Assembly: GCA_951406725.2 (NCBI GenBank)
Contig: OX597831.1
Span: forward strand, 13,888,001 to 13,952,000
Length of the DNA stretch: 64,000 nucleotides
Reading direction: 5' to 3'
Source of the DNA: Octopus vulgaris
Taxonomy: Eukaryota
Shown here piece by piece: positions 1-43,480 of the stretch (position 1 is the first letter of the stretch; each line of letters opens with the position of its first letter). The notes under the pieces were generated by a model. That model did not search any database. It worked only from the letters and a program-made list of their open reading frames with translations, and had not been told where the DNA came from. The translations under genes and the position numbers were made by a program.

Positions 1-305
1 CCTTTTGCTCATCTTCAATGACAACATAAGCATACTTTTGTACTTACACGCCCGCCCCAAAACAAAAACAAGAACATACTAGATTGCTACGTTCTGTGTT
101 CAAATTCCACCGAGGTCGACTTCGCCTTTCACTTCTTCGGGGTCGATAAATTATGTACCAGTTGAACACTGGTGTCGATGTAATCGACTCATCCCCGCCA
201 CCGAAATTGCTGGCATTGTGGCAAAATTTGAAACATTTATTTTTCGACATAAATATAAAATTAAATATATATGTGTGGTTGTGTGTATGTACATATATAT
301 AGTGG

Positions 306-690
306 ATGGAGGCGCAATGGCCTAGTGGTTAGGACAGCGAACTCGCGGTCGTAGGATCGCGGTTTCGATTCTCAGACCGGGCGTTGTGAGTGTTTATTGA
401 GCGAAAATACCTAACGCTCCACGAGGATCCGGCAGGGGGTGGTGGCGAACCTTGCTGTACTCTTTCACTACAACTTTCGCTCTTTCTTCCTGATTCTGTT
501 GTGCCTGTATTTCAAAGGACCAACCTTGTCACACTCTGTGTCACACTGAATCTGCCTGAGAACTACGTTAAGAGAACACGTGCCTGTGGAGTACCCCGTC
601 ACTTGCACGTTAATTGCACGAGCAGGCTGTTCCGTTGATCGGATCAAACTAGAACCCTTGTCGTCGTAACCGACAGAGTGCGACACACAC
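306..690 (+). mobile_element. tRNA-derived SINE family B (resembles octopus OR-type SINEs)
   Basis: ggaggcgcaatggcctagtggttagg..ggtttcgattc A/B boxes; other copies 4616-4912(-), 17728-18013(-), 36888-37050(-), 38941-39190, 48679-48950, 50087-50400. Confidence 0.88.
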
Positions 691-1449
691 TCGAACAAAC
701 GAATATATGCAGAGTTTGCATGGTGGGATGCGTATGCGCATGCGGGCGTATGTGTGTGTGGGGGGGGGTTAAGAAATAAACATGAAAATGTCAAAAGATA
801 CAAAAATAAACCGAAAACTTAGAAAATCAATATAAAAACAGCGTGGATAATGAATCAAGTATTTTACTTACAAGGAAATCCGTTAACGTGGTAAAAGAAT
901 CCGTATAGTAATGTAGTAATAGAATTATATAGTGTTATGTTAATAAAAGGATTTATTTAGATAAATCTTGTGCATATATTTCCATCATTGTTACTTGACA
1001 AATACTTTTTAAAAAATCAATATTTTAAAATAAATATCTATCATTTTCTCGGCAATTGAAATCTACAAAAATGCTGAAAACGAAGAAATATTTAGCGTCT
1101 TTGTCCCAAACCGAAGAACATAAGCCATGCGCTTGACGTAAATATTCGAGAAGTGAGATCGTAGAAAATAGAAGAGAAAAACGTGAATAACGGCCCAAAT
1201 AAAATACGAAAGAAAAATGTTTGTTATTTGTCAATGCTATAAGAATTGTTATTAATAAAAAGCCAGCAGTTCGGCCGAATCGTCAGCACGTTTGAGAAAA
1301 TGCTTGGTGGAATTTTGCTCTTCACCACGTTCTGAGTTCAGATTCAACTGTGGTCGGCTGTGCATTTCGAGGTCGGTAAAGGAAATACAAATTTCAGGCA
1401 TTATGCCTTTAGTAGAAAGCATTATTACTATTAATAATTCGTGATAATG

Positions 1450-1515
1450 TTTTGTTTATTGATACTAGTTTTCCTCTTGTTGTTCGCCGTAAATGTTTAC
1501 TGAATTGTATATGAA
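1450..1515 (-). other. Putative non-coding terminal (3'UTR) exon of P1 with AATAAA
   Basis: ttctcgttgcag|TTCATA acceptor matches P3/P4 ttctcattacag|TTCATA and P2 ttcttattccag|ATCATG; AATAAA at 1455-1460 (minus). Confidence 0.5.
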
Positions 1516-1655
1516 CTGCAACGAGAACAAAGGAATAGAAACGTTATTTTATCTAGCTTTCGTGGAATCAATTTTGATGACAAATAGTCAAGGTGAAATC
1601 GCTACTGACAGGTCCATGTCGACTGTCTCCATTTGACAATGGTATTGGCAACTGA

Positions 1656-1888
1656 ATGGCAACGAGCTGGCAGAATCGTTAACACGCTGGACGAAATGCT
1701 CAGCGGTATTTCACCTGCCGCTACGTTCTGAGTTCAAATTCCGCCGAGGTCGACTTTGCCTTTCATCCTTTCGGGGTCGATAAAATGAGTACCGGTTACA
1801 CACTGGGGTCGATGCAATCGACTTAATCCGTGTGTCTCTCCTTGTTTGTCCCCTCTGTGTATAGCCCCTTGTGGGTAGTAAAGAAATA
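1656..1888 (+). mobile_element. SINE family A, full-length copy with 15-bp TSD
   Basis: ggcaacgagctggcagaa..gagttcaaattccgccgaggtcgactttgcctttcatcctttcggggtcgataaa; TSD ggtattggcaactga 1641-1655 / 1889-1903. Other copies near 86, 1262, 3785(-), 6273, 20055, 25975, 31280, 32848, 41005, 41310(-), 47085, 54025(-), 55250(-). Confidence 0.9.
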
Positions 1889-2161
1889 GGTATTGGCAAC
1901 TGATGATTGGCAACAAGGCAAATGTGATATAACAGCTGATGTTAACATGTCACCATGCCACTTATTACTGAGATATGATATATAACGTTGTTACTCACAG
2001 AATAAATACTAGTTTTCATTGATATTGGTAATGCAGTGATGTATTAGTGCTAGAATAATACATGTCATAACATGGTCAGCAGATATGTGCGTGTGTGTAT
2101 GTGTGTATGTATGTATGTATGTATGTATGTATATACCTGTATATCTATATCTATCTATCTA

Positions 2162-2194
<33 letters not shown>

Positions 2195-3360
2195 TTCCTA
2201 CTTGCAATTTGTTTAATGTTTTGTCTCATCTGCCTCCAGTATTTCCAAATACTTATATCACTATCATTTCCCACCTGCTTTCACTGTTTACCTATTTTGC
2301 ATTTCAATTCCCTAACTTACCTCAACTCTCCCTCATTTCATTATGAAAGTAGCGCACTTTTCAAGCCCGAATTCCAGGAGATAAGCTATCACTGTGGAAT
2401 ATAACACGTCTGATGATCAAATTATTATTTTTTATTTTCTCCAATCAAATCAGTGCTTCAATATTTCGTCATTTCATTGACCAATTTTCCCATATTTTCT
2501 GCCACTCCAAACATGTTCATTGTTTTACTTATCCAACTGCAAGGTATCATGTCATATGTTTTTATAATCCAGCTATGCTGCATTCACTCCCGCCACCCTG
2601 CGTCTACAGTTTGAGATCATTTTATCAACTAACAACTCATCTTTTGTTATTTTGGCTCCCTGCTCCCCTTCTGTTCCACTGGAAGTAAATTGCTTCATTC
2701 CAGATGATAATATAACTTTTCCGCAAAGACACCGGCCATGAGCTTCCACATAAGTGGCAAACAGTTTGCAGGCAGAAAATGTGGCTGCAGTTTATCCTTC
2801 AATGCATCCTTAAGAGGCAACAACTTTTGTTTAATTGTCATCCAATTTGGAAGGTTTCCATGCTGCAGTTATTCATCAAAATACGCTACGATCCTTTCTT
2901 GCAACTGGGTAAGATTCTTTAGTAAATAACCTTTCATCCTATTAGTTCTTGTTTCTTTCTAGTTTGGTATCTTCGCACCTTCCGTCTCACTCAGTGCATA
3001 TAAATTCTGACCTCCGTTTGTGTCGACACATTTGCAAGCTGTCTTTCCAATTCTGTTAACCACTCTACACTTTTGTTACGTTTCACTTACCTGTTCCAAA
3101 GCTCTAACCAGCTACTTTACTCTCTTCCGCAATAGGAATCAATTCCCGATGTTGTTCTCATTCTATTTCCCCCAAACGACGCCTTCTGTTCGATTAAAAT
3201 AATCTATTCTATTCAAGATCTTTGCATTCAGCTTCATATATTTGCAGTTTGGTCTTTAACGCCACCATACTTTGTAACAATTTGTTTATGTACGATCTGT
3301 TTTCCACTCTCTGTTGTTCATCTAATTATCTAAGTAATATCTTATTTTGTTCAGTGTCTT
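2195..3360 (-). mobile_element. Degenerate R4/Dong-type RT fragment missed by the ORF track
   Basis: Manual minus-strand translation across stops and frameshifts: [32 protein letters not shown]...KDELLVDKMI..LDYK..YDMIPCSWI. Confidence 0.8.
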
Positions 3361-4242
3361 ATTACACAGTCAAACAAAACTAAAAACGACGCATGTATAT
3401 TTATTAAAGTATATTTATTAAAATGTTCGCCGCAGTCAAAACACAGTTCAAGAACTGACTACTGTGTAGAATATGAAATGCAATGACAGCAAAAGAAACA
3501 ATCTTTATTCATATACCTTTGATGAAGTGAATTTTGAAGAGAATTAGCCAGTAAATTCCTTAGAGATAAGTCCAAATTCATAATTGGTGAAGAGTTTGCA
3601 ATGGTATTGGCAACCAGAACCATTGTCATAATATAAATGTTATATGACGATTGCTATTAACGTGTCATCATAACAGTTATTACCGGGATATATAACGTTG
3701 TAACCCACAGAATAGATACATCACAATATATTCATAATAATGTTAGTGCTAGAATAATACACATCACAACATGAACGTGATCTTCTTTTCTACACTAGGC
3801 ACAAGGCCCGACATTTCTTGGGAGGGGCAGTCGATTAGATCGACTTCAGTACACAACTGGTACTTAATTTATCGACCCAAATGGATCGAAGGCAAAGTAG
3901 ACCCTGGCGGAATTTGAAATCAGCTTGTAAAGATAGGCGAAATAACATTAGCACGCCGGGCTCACGTTTCTGCCAGCTCGCCGCCTTAACATGAATATGA
4001 TATTACAATCACTATTAACCTGTCATTCCAACATTTATTACCGTGAGGTATATTGCATTGTAACTAAAGGGGATGGACATTAATTTACGCTGTCGTTACA
4101 AAATATCAATAATGCAAAGATAATACTATATAAATATAAATTCTGTGCCAGATATTCTGGAAATGATTTAGCCAGAGAAAGCATAAATTGGTTAAATTTG
4201 AATAAATATTCTCACGTCAAATGTATTCTCTTCCGTTGACTT

Positions 4243-14371
<10,129 letters not shown>

Positions 14372-14444
14372 CGTCGGCATCGCATTTCAGTAAATATCTT
14401 CTCTGGAATATTTATAAACATGTGACAATGTCTTATGTACATAA

Positions 14445-14473
14445 AATGACGTAACAGCTGTTTCCTCTCACTG
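14445..14473 (-). promoter_or_regulatory. Conserved upstream motif of P1: AACAGCTGTT E-box next to a TGACGTAA CRE/bZIP-like site
   Basis: aatgacgtaacagctgtttcctctcactg vs aatgatgtaacagctgtttctcctcactg at 51787-51815, both ~75-100 nt upstream of the ATG. Confidence 0.55.
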
Positions 14474-14875
14474 TGAGAATATATACATTAGTTCCAAAGC
14501 AGAAAATATGATATTTAACTGACGTATATAGCGATTTGGATGACTATGAAAACTATTTTAATAATCTACTTAAGGTGTCAAAATTTCTTTTCGTTCCAAA
14601 CTTAGTCTATTAAAAATGTTTTATATTTTTTTCCTTTTGTTGGAAACAGTTTTAATAGCCGGGATCAGAACATATGTATCAGACTGTTGTATACAATGGA
14701 AAACGTGTATTCATTTACATATATGCCAGTGTTCATCCGTACACTTGAAAAATGATTCTAATATTTAAATAATCATACTTATTCACCCATTTATTACGTA
14801 TAGACATCTATTGACACAATCACGGATGCCCGTAAATTTACCTATACATATATATGTGTATGAATGTATGTATGA

Positions 14876-14941
<66 letters not shown>

Positions 14942-15232
14942 ATGTGAGTGTGTTTCTGTGTCTGTATTTTTCCCCCGCCATATCTTGACAATCGATGTTT
15001 CGGTGTTTACGCCTCCGTAACTTAGCGTTTTGGCAAAAGGTATCGATAGAATAAATATTAGGCTTACAAGGAAGAAGTCCTGGGATTGATTTGATCGGCT
15101 TAAGTCGGTGCTCCAGCATGACCGCAGAGAAATGGCTGAAACAAGTAAAATAATCACAGAAAGAAACAAGGAGAGAAAATAAAGAATGTGTAGTGGCTAG
15201 CGATCTATCATGATATATATATATATATATAT

Positions 15233-15338
<106 letters not shown>

Positions 15339-15347
15339 TGATAGATT

Positions 15348-15381
<34 letters not shown>

Positions 15382-15449
15382 GAGATAGATAGATAGATGT
15401 GACCAGCGATGTGTAGCAGCATCTGATAGCCTGGTCGGTCACGGTGACG

Positions 15450-15522
<73 letters not shown>

Positions 15523-15667
15523 TTCATAAATGAGGGCAAAGGAAAAAATTTCTTAATGCCAAATATGCCGAAAAATTGGACATATTGTCCATTAACCATA
15601 TAATTTTTTCACAAAACGCACGCTACTCGAAAAAGGGTCGACAGAAATTTCTAAAAAATTCCATTAT

Positions 15668-15725
15668 TACCATATCGGACCGATTTCAGAGTTAGCTACT
15701 AAGAGCCCCCTCTTCGTCAGTGATA
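15668..15725 (-). ncRNA. Minimal type I hammerhead ribozyme motif (Penelope/retrozyme type)
   Basis: tatca-CTGACGA-AGAG(loop)CTCT-GAAA-tcggtccga-TA-tggta: intact core, stems I and II, palindromic stem III. Confidence 0.65.
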
Positions 15726-15982
15726 CATGTGGCAAAATAAATAAATGAGATACTTACTCGCACCCATGGAAGAAGCAAACAGTAAGTCATGAGCACAACT
15801 AAGTACCCCAAATACATCCAAAATAGAAATACTCCAGCCCATTCAAGACACGTGCAATTTGAACTGAGGCTCTCACAGAGTGAGTTAGTCCGGAAGTGAA
15901 CGCTAAAATTTATATCTAATGAGGATAAAATTTCTTTCGAAAAAAATATTTCGAAAATTTCGAAAGAAATTTTATCCTCATT

Positions 15983-16106
<124 letters not shown>

Positions 16107-16272
16107 TGAAAGAGAAAGAAAGAGATAGACACAACTAACTGCATTTGAAACTCTTCAACATGTCAAATAAATCGATAAAATGATTCTCAATGCTATCACA
16201 TCATTAATGATGCCACAACATTGTACCACACTACATCATACATAGCAAATGTCTTTTTGCTTGAGCTAAGCT

Positions 16273-16284
16273 AAACAGCTGTTA
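16273..16284 (+). promoter_or_regulatory. E-box aaacagctgtta upstream of P2
   Basis: Matches the P1/P3 motif core in gene orientation; separated from the ATG by TA-rich microsatellite. Confidence 0.4.
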
Positions 16285-16501
16285 GATTACTTTCAGGATG
16301 GTTGTGTATTTGTGTGAGAGCGTATGCATGTGTGCCTATATATATACATATATGTATGTGCAAGTTTATCGTAATATATATCTATATATATATGTACGTA
16401 TATATATGTATATCAGTAAATATACATATGAATATATACATACATACAAGCATATAAATGTACATGCATACATACATACATAAATGCATATAAATACACA
16501 T

Positions 16502-16547
<46 letters not shown>

Positions 16548-16619
16548 GCATGCATCCATACATATACGTTATGTTATATGACTGGCCATCTGGGCATCGA
16601 TTTAACACGAATATACAAG

Positions 16620-37223
<20,604 letters not shown>

Positions 37224-37281
37224 CGGAATTGAAAACCAATCGAAAAGAATATTCAAGGTGAGAACATGTATATATAAGGTA

Positions 37282-37656
37282 CTAGCAGTATCGCCCGGCG
37301 TTGCTCGGGTTTGTAAGGGAAATAACTATAAAGCATTTTTAGAGAGTTATAGCCAAAAAAATGGAAAAAAAATGATGGTAAATTTTTTTTTGAGATTTAA
37401 AAAAGGTCGAGTTGCGTCCCCTAGACAGTCTGTGGTTTGGGTTTCTGATTCTCGACCCCATGTCGAATTTATCGATTTTTTTCAGAACTGGGGAACTTTT
37501 CAAAATTTTCGCTGCGTTAGTTTTGAATTATGACATTGGGCTATGTGTGTGTCAAGTTTCATCAGAATCGGTTGAAAGCCGTGGTCAGGGTGAGGGTACA
37601 ACCTGACAGACACACAGAAACACACACAGACAAACTGCCGTTTATATATAGAGAGA
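37282..37656 (-). mobile_element. Non-autonomous Helitron
   Basis: Minus strand starts TC and ends CTAG, between host A and T; subterminal hairpin CCCGAGCAACGCCGGG; internal (CA/GACA) microsatellite. Confidence 0.82.
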
Positions 37657-37667
37657 TACTCAGTTTA

Positions 37668-37823
37668 CATTATTTACATTTTGTAGATATTTGTCCTCAT
37701 CTTATTTGTTGTTAACACAACGTTTCGGTTGATATACCCTCCAGCCTTCATCAAGTGTCTTGGGGAAATTTCGAACCTGGGTTCTCATTCCTAAGGTGTT
37801 TTCGATATTATTATTATTATTAA

Positions 37824-37855
<32 letters not shown>

Positions 37856-38259
37856 AGGTCACTGCCTGGAATCGAACTCGGAATCTTGGGGTTGGTAGCT
37901 CACGCTCTTAACCACTACACCATACGCCCGTGGGCAATTATGGAGTGAATTTTAGGGCAAATGGCGTAGTGATTAAGTGCACGGGCTACTAACACCAAGA
38001 TTCCGAGTTCGATTCCAGGCAGCGACCTAAGTAAAAATAATAATAACAATAAAATATCTATAATAATTACAATAACAACAACAATAATAATAATAGCATT
38101 GAAAACTACCTTAGGAATGAGAACTCAGTTTCGAAATTTCTCCAAGATACGTGATGAAGGCTGGAGGGTGTATCAACAAACAAGATAAGGACAAATATCA
38201 GTCAAATGTAAATAACGTAAATAATGTACATAATTCCCTCGTCTCTTAAATATAGACCT
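37668..38259. mobile_element. Head-to-head inverted pair of tRNA-headed elements with a hammerhead-like tail, bounded by one TSD
   Basis: A/B boxes tggcgtagtga / gagttcgattcc in both arms; (t)TGATGAAGGCTG..CAACCGAAACGTT at 37714-37759 (minus); TSD gtatactcagttta. Confidence 0.75.
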
Positions 38260-39361
38260 GTATACTCAGTTTATCTTTTTTAATTGATATTTCATTTTTA
38301 AAGTTTATCATGTCTTCCTTTTAGTAGAACGCGGACGTAAAACATCAAAATTCCGCTTCTAATGTGAGTAACTCATGTGTCAGTAGAATATTATCGATTT
38401 AATATCGATATATCACTTATATTTCACTCTACTGCCGCCGAGGAAGCGTTACTGTAATAGAAATATATTATTACTTTGATATCGATGATCAAAGACATGA
38501 ATTTGTATTTCATAGGTAAAGTCTTTCCAAAGGTGGATTCTCTTGTCATAAACGACAGGTGAGGATACCACAACTACCTGCTGGAAAACCTGCACAGGTG
38601 ATTTTTTTTATGGTGATCAGGTGTTTGTGCTGTACATAAGCTCACGCCCCCGCCCCTCAAATTGACACTGCGATCACGGAGCAACGTGAGATGAATGTTT
38701 TAATCGAGAACTCAACACCCGGTCTGGGAATTGAAACCACGATCTTGCAAACGTTAGCACGACTCCCTAACAACTAGGCTGCGCGCCTTCACTGTCTTCA
38801 TTGTTGTAAACAACCCCACTCATCTTGATAATACCAGGATACTACCAATGTGATAACCGGAAATTATTACTAATATTCTGTGGTAATATCAGTATAAAAT
38901 AATAACTTTGTAATAAGATTATATATCAGTAATAAGCTATGGTGGAGGCGTGCGGCTTAGTGGGTAGGGTGTCAGCATCATGATCGTAAGAATGTGGTTT
39001 CGATTCCTGGACCGGGCGACACGTTGTGTTCTTGAGCAAAACACTTCCTTTCACGTTGCTCCAGTCCACTCAGCTGGCAAAAATGAGTAACGCTGCGATG
39101 GACTGGCGTCCCGTCCAGCTGGGGAACACATACGCCATAGAAACCGGGAAACTGAGCCCATGAGCCTAGCTAGGCTTTAAAAGGGCGCATTTATTTATTT
39201 TTTTAATAACAGTTATGAGAGATCTGTGACAGCAACTGTGATGTCAATCAAGCTGTTATATTACGATTGACAATATCCTTATTAATGTTAGCACAAATTT
39301 ATATCAAACTCTCTTCACAACAATTACTTCGCTAACCATTGTATTTCTGTTCTTATTCCAG

Positions 39362-39465
39362 ATCATGTTTCAATAATTAATCCTGAACCTGTGATTACGT
39401 CATATATTAGGAATATATATATATATGTAAATATAAATGAAAATAAATGTTGCTATACTACATAT
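39362..39465 (+). other. Putative non-coding terminal exon of P2
   Basis: ttctgttcttattccag|ATCATG; AATAAA at 39442-39447. Confidence 0.45.
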
Positions 39466-40289
39466 GTGCTGTTTTATAGAAGTAGTTGAATGTGAAATAT
39501 TGGCTTGAAAAATGTGGTGTATATTTACATGTATTTGTGCAAATAGTTCGAGAAATGTCTATAGATGTATTTTTGTATCTGAAAGTGAATTCCTAGGAAT
39601 TCATCGGCCTGTGGGGAGCATTATGAAATATAATATATATTACAATGCTTCCTATAGACGTACATTCATGCCAGTAGATTAAGCGACTCGACACTCAAAC
39701 ACACGTATATATACATGCCCTCAATATAACTTCCAATATAAAATTATGGCTCGAAAAATGTTCTTCATTTCTAATGTTGACTAACGTAGGAGTCGGAGAA
39801 GTCACCTCTTTTATTGTATCTGCTAAATCAGCCAGCTCTGAGTAACTGCTTTACAATGCCACACTACTCACGTGAGTTTTCAGCCAATAACTCGTTCGTC
39901 CTACGTAATACGTTGGAATTCTTTCAGCCATTGAGTTTTTCAGGAGTAAAATGCCGGTGTAAAATCTGTTGCAAGACAGAATTGCATTTCATGTGTTAGA
40001 CATTTCGGAACGATTCTCAACTCCGTGTAAAAGGAGATCTGAGTATTGGTCTCTTATCCATCACGCGAATCTAACTACAATTGTGTACTGAGGTATAAAG
40101 AAATAGCTTTAAAAACAGTGACAGCATTAAGATATTAGACTATGAATGATTAACCCGTGTATTTATACGATATTGCTGTTATATGAACACTCTAAAACAC
40201 GTGGGACAGAAAGCAAATCAACGCAACGAATTTTCAAAGGACAGTAGGGGTTGTCGTAATGAAAACTTTACACATTAGAAATAAAATCT

Positions 40290-40800
40290 GTTTTCCAAAG
40301 CAAACGTCAGGGGCCAATTCGATAATTTTATGCCTATAACTTTGCTAAATTTAGATTTTAAGGTTTTGGCCAAGGTGCTGGCCAAGAGTTTGGTGCTTAT
40401 TGTGGGGAAGATCGTCAGTAATGCGCAGACATGCTCTATTCCGAATAGATCTATCCACAACAGCTTCCGCCTCACGATCTATATGATAGAGAGGGTTGGG
40501 AAGGAACCTAAAAATGGGTGGGGCTCTGATCAATTTGGATCAATCAAAAACTTTTGACAGGTTCGATTATCAAGTGTGCTCAGGGCGATGAAACCGTGCT
40601 ACACGCACTCGTCCAGGGCCCGTGCATTACTGACCTGAGGAGATTTATCGAATAACTGTTATCACGTGTAGGAAAGTGACAGCAGAGAAGAAAGATCTAC
40701 CCGCCCCCAGTAAATTCGTTGAAAGTTGGGTACGTGTTGGGAGACTGGCCCGTGTGAATGGGTCTACTCTGAACATTCGTTTGTAAACCGGAGGAGTTGA
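40290..40800 (+). mobile_element. Tx1/L1-clade RT fragment
   Basis: NFMPITLLNLDFKVLAKVLAKSL..AQTCSIPNRSIHN. Confidence 0.8.
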
Positions 40801-40817
40801 GAATTATTATTATTATT

Positions 40818-40864
<47 letters not shown>

Positions 40865-40908
40865 CACAATCATCATCATCATCATCAACATCATCATCAT
40901 CATCATCA

Positions 40909-40963
<55 letters not shown>

Positions 40964-41709
40964 CATTATATTAATAATAATAATTACTATTATTATCAAC
41001 ACAAAATATTTAGCGGCATTTCACCCGACTCTGCTCTCTGAAATCTAATTCTGCCCAGGTTGACTTCGTCTTTCATCATTTAGAGATCGATAAAATAAGT
41101 ATCAGATGAAAACTGGGGTCTATGTAATCGATGTATCCACTCCCATAAAATTGCATTTCATTCGTCCTTTCGCATTCAGTTCAAATCCTACCGAGGTCAA
41201 CTTTGCCTTTCATCCTTCCTGGGTCGATGAAATAAGTACCAGTTACATAATCGACTATCCCCCTCCCACAAATTTTAGGCCTTGGGCTAATAGTAAAAAA
41301 CGATTATTATTCTTTTCTACTCTAGGCACAAGGTCTGACATTTTGGGGATGGGGGTGAGTTGATTAGATCGATCCCTGTACACAACTGGTATTTAATTTA
41401 TCGACCCCGAAAGGATGAAAGGCAAAGTCGACCTCGACGGAATTTGAACTCAGAACGTAACGGCGCGTTAACGTTTCTGCCAGCTAGAAAGAATCATTAT
41501 CATTGTTGTCGTTATTTTTTTCGTTCAGTCAGCATTTCATTGTTGTTAAGTGTCATTAAATCTTTACACTTAATTACAAAGTTAAGACTCATGGACATCC
41601 CACGCACACAACCGAACTCGTCCCCAAGTCTAACTTGACTCAAAATTCAGATATTCAATAGAAATCCCTTTCTCGTGTTTCCACAACCAAAATTACAAAA
41701 CAACACCAA

Positions 41710-41795
41710 TATATTTATCATATTTTTATTTATGTATACATGTATTGATTTTTTACTCTTCTTATTCAGAACTTCAGAATTGACAGGAATATGAA
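41710..41795 (-). other. Putative non-coding terminal exon of P3
   Basis: ttctattctcattacag|TTCATA; AATAAA at 41725-41730 (minus). Confidence 0.5.
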
Positions 41796-42029
41796 CTGTA
41801 ATGAGAATAGAAAAGAATGCTTATTACAACATCTGTATTGGAGGGAATTAAGTTCACATTAACCAAAGAGGTTTTCTTAAGTTCTGATCGTTTTTAAGTT
41901 AAATCTTTTAACGTTTCGTGGAACGCACCTGCAATGTAACGCAGTTAAAACTTTGGCGTTGCTAGAAGGGGTAGGGCATCTTTTACTTCCTGACTAAAAA
42001 TAGATTTATCTCTCATTCCGGTTACACTT

Positions 42030-43480
42030 TAATGACATTTGAAAAGGATAACCAAAAATTTCATATTCGCGTTGTAATGCTTTTCTTTAAAAAAAAAAAC
42101 AAAAACAGAAAGTACTGCAAAGACTTTCAAAAATGTTTGTGAAGATTATGGCGATGATACTGAATAGGAATCAACTGTTCGAAGGTGGTATGCAAGATGT
42201 AAAGCTTGAGAGTTTAGCTTGGAAGATGGTAGTCACAGTGGAACACATTCAACATTGAATGAAGACGTTTTGAAGGAAAATTCTTTTATGCTTTTATTCT
42301 TTTACTTGTTTCAGTCATTTGACTGAGGCCATGCTGGAGCACTACCTTTTAGTAGAGCAAATCGACCCCAGGACTTATTCTTTGTAAGCCCAGTACTTAT
42401 TCTATCGGACTGTTTTGCCGAACGGCTAAGTTACGGGGACGTAAACACACCACCATCGGTTGTCAAGCGATGTTAGGGGACAAATACAGACACACAAACA
42501 TACATACGCATACATACATACATGCATATATATATATATATATATGTGTGTGACGGGCTTCTTTCAGTTTCCATCTACCAAATCCACTCACAAGGCTTTC
42601 GTCGGTCCCATGCTATAGTAGAAGACACTTGCCCAAGGTGCCACGCAGTGTGACTGAACCCGGAGCAATGTGGTTGGTAAGTAATCTACTTACCACACAG
42701 CCACTCACTCCTGCGCCTATATCAAAGAACATTCAAATATCATGACTAGAGCAGTTGCAGAGGAGTTAGGAGTTCCTAAAAGTACGGTTCATGAACATCT
42801 GGTGAAGCTAGGATACATTTCTCGCTATAATGTATGGGTCGCTCACAAACTCTCAGAAAAGAATTCCTTCGACCAATATTCCGTCTGTGATATGCTTTTG
42901 AAACGGAATGAAAGCATGGCTTTTTTAAAGCAACTTGTGGCTGAAGATGAAAAGTGTGTTGTGTTCAAAAATGTTGTACGAAGCAGATTCTGGAGTTGCG
43001 TAAGGATCCCTCAAATCAGCAATTAAATACAAATATCCATGCGAAAAGAGCATTATTTCAATGTGCTTCTCACACAAAACCAAACCATTATTTCTGGCGT
43101 GTAGTGTCGTCAGCTGGTTAATTCGAACCAAAAAATTCAACGAATTGGGGCCGGTGATTTCCAACAGAAAAGGGGTAGGGTTCCAACAAATCAATGCATG
43201 ACTATGTGTCTTTGACAACCCGAACAGTGTTACATGAACTTGGTTGAGATCTTTTACCCCATCCACCGTATTCTACAGATATTGCGCCATCCGACTACTG
43301 CTTTTTGTCTCTTCAGAACTCATTGTAAGGAAAAACATTTAACGATTTACATGGAGTTAAAATGCCGATGGATAACTTTTTCCTTCGAAACCAATCAACC
43401 TTTATGCTGATTGAATAATTAAATTGCCTAAAATATGGGCAAAAGTCATTAATAATAATGGAAATTATTTCATTCAAAGA
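42030..43480 (+). mobile_element. Degenerate mariner transposase interrupted by a SINE at 42282-42720
   Basis: STVRRWYAR..SLED; WVAHKL; LVAEDEK; HPPYSTDIAPSDY. Confidence 0.85.
42282..42720 (-). mobile_element. Bipartite tRNA-derived SINE family C (CORE-like ccttgggcaagt, internal microsatellite) inserted in mariner
   Basis: Head ataggcgcaggag..gtggctgtgtggtaag..ggttcagtc; partial copies at 12454-12592, 14990-15180, 24715-24870, 63115-63270. Confidence 0.85.

Noticed and set aside
306-380. tRNA genes at SINE heads (also 37960, 38941, 50087)
   Set aside because: A/B boxes continue into repeat bodies and I see no proper acceptor stem or terminator.
38325-38362. Alternative last coding exon of P2 (VERGRKTSKFRF*)
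   Set aside because: 37132-37257 is the clear homologue of P1 exon 4; this one has no paralog support, though it could be a minor or UTR exon.
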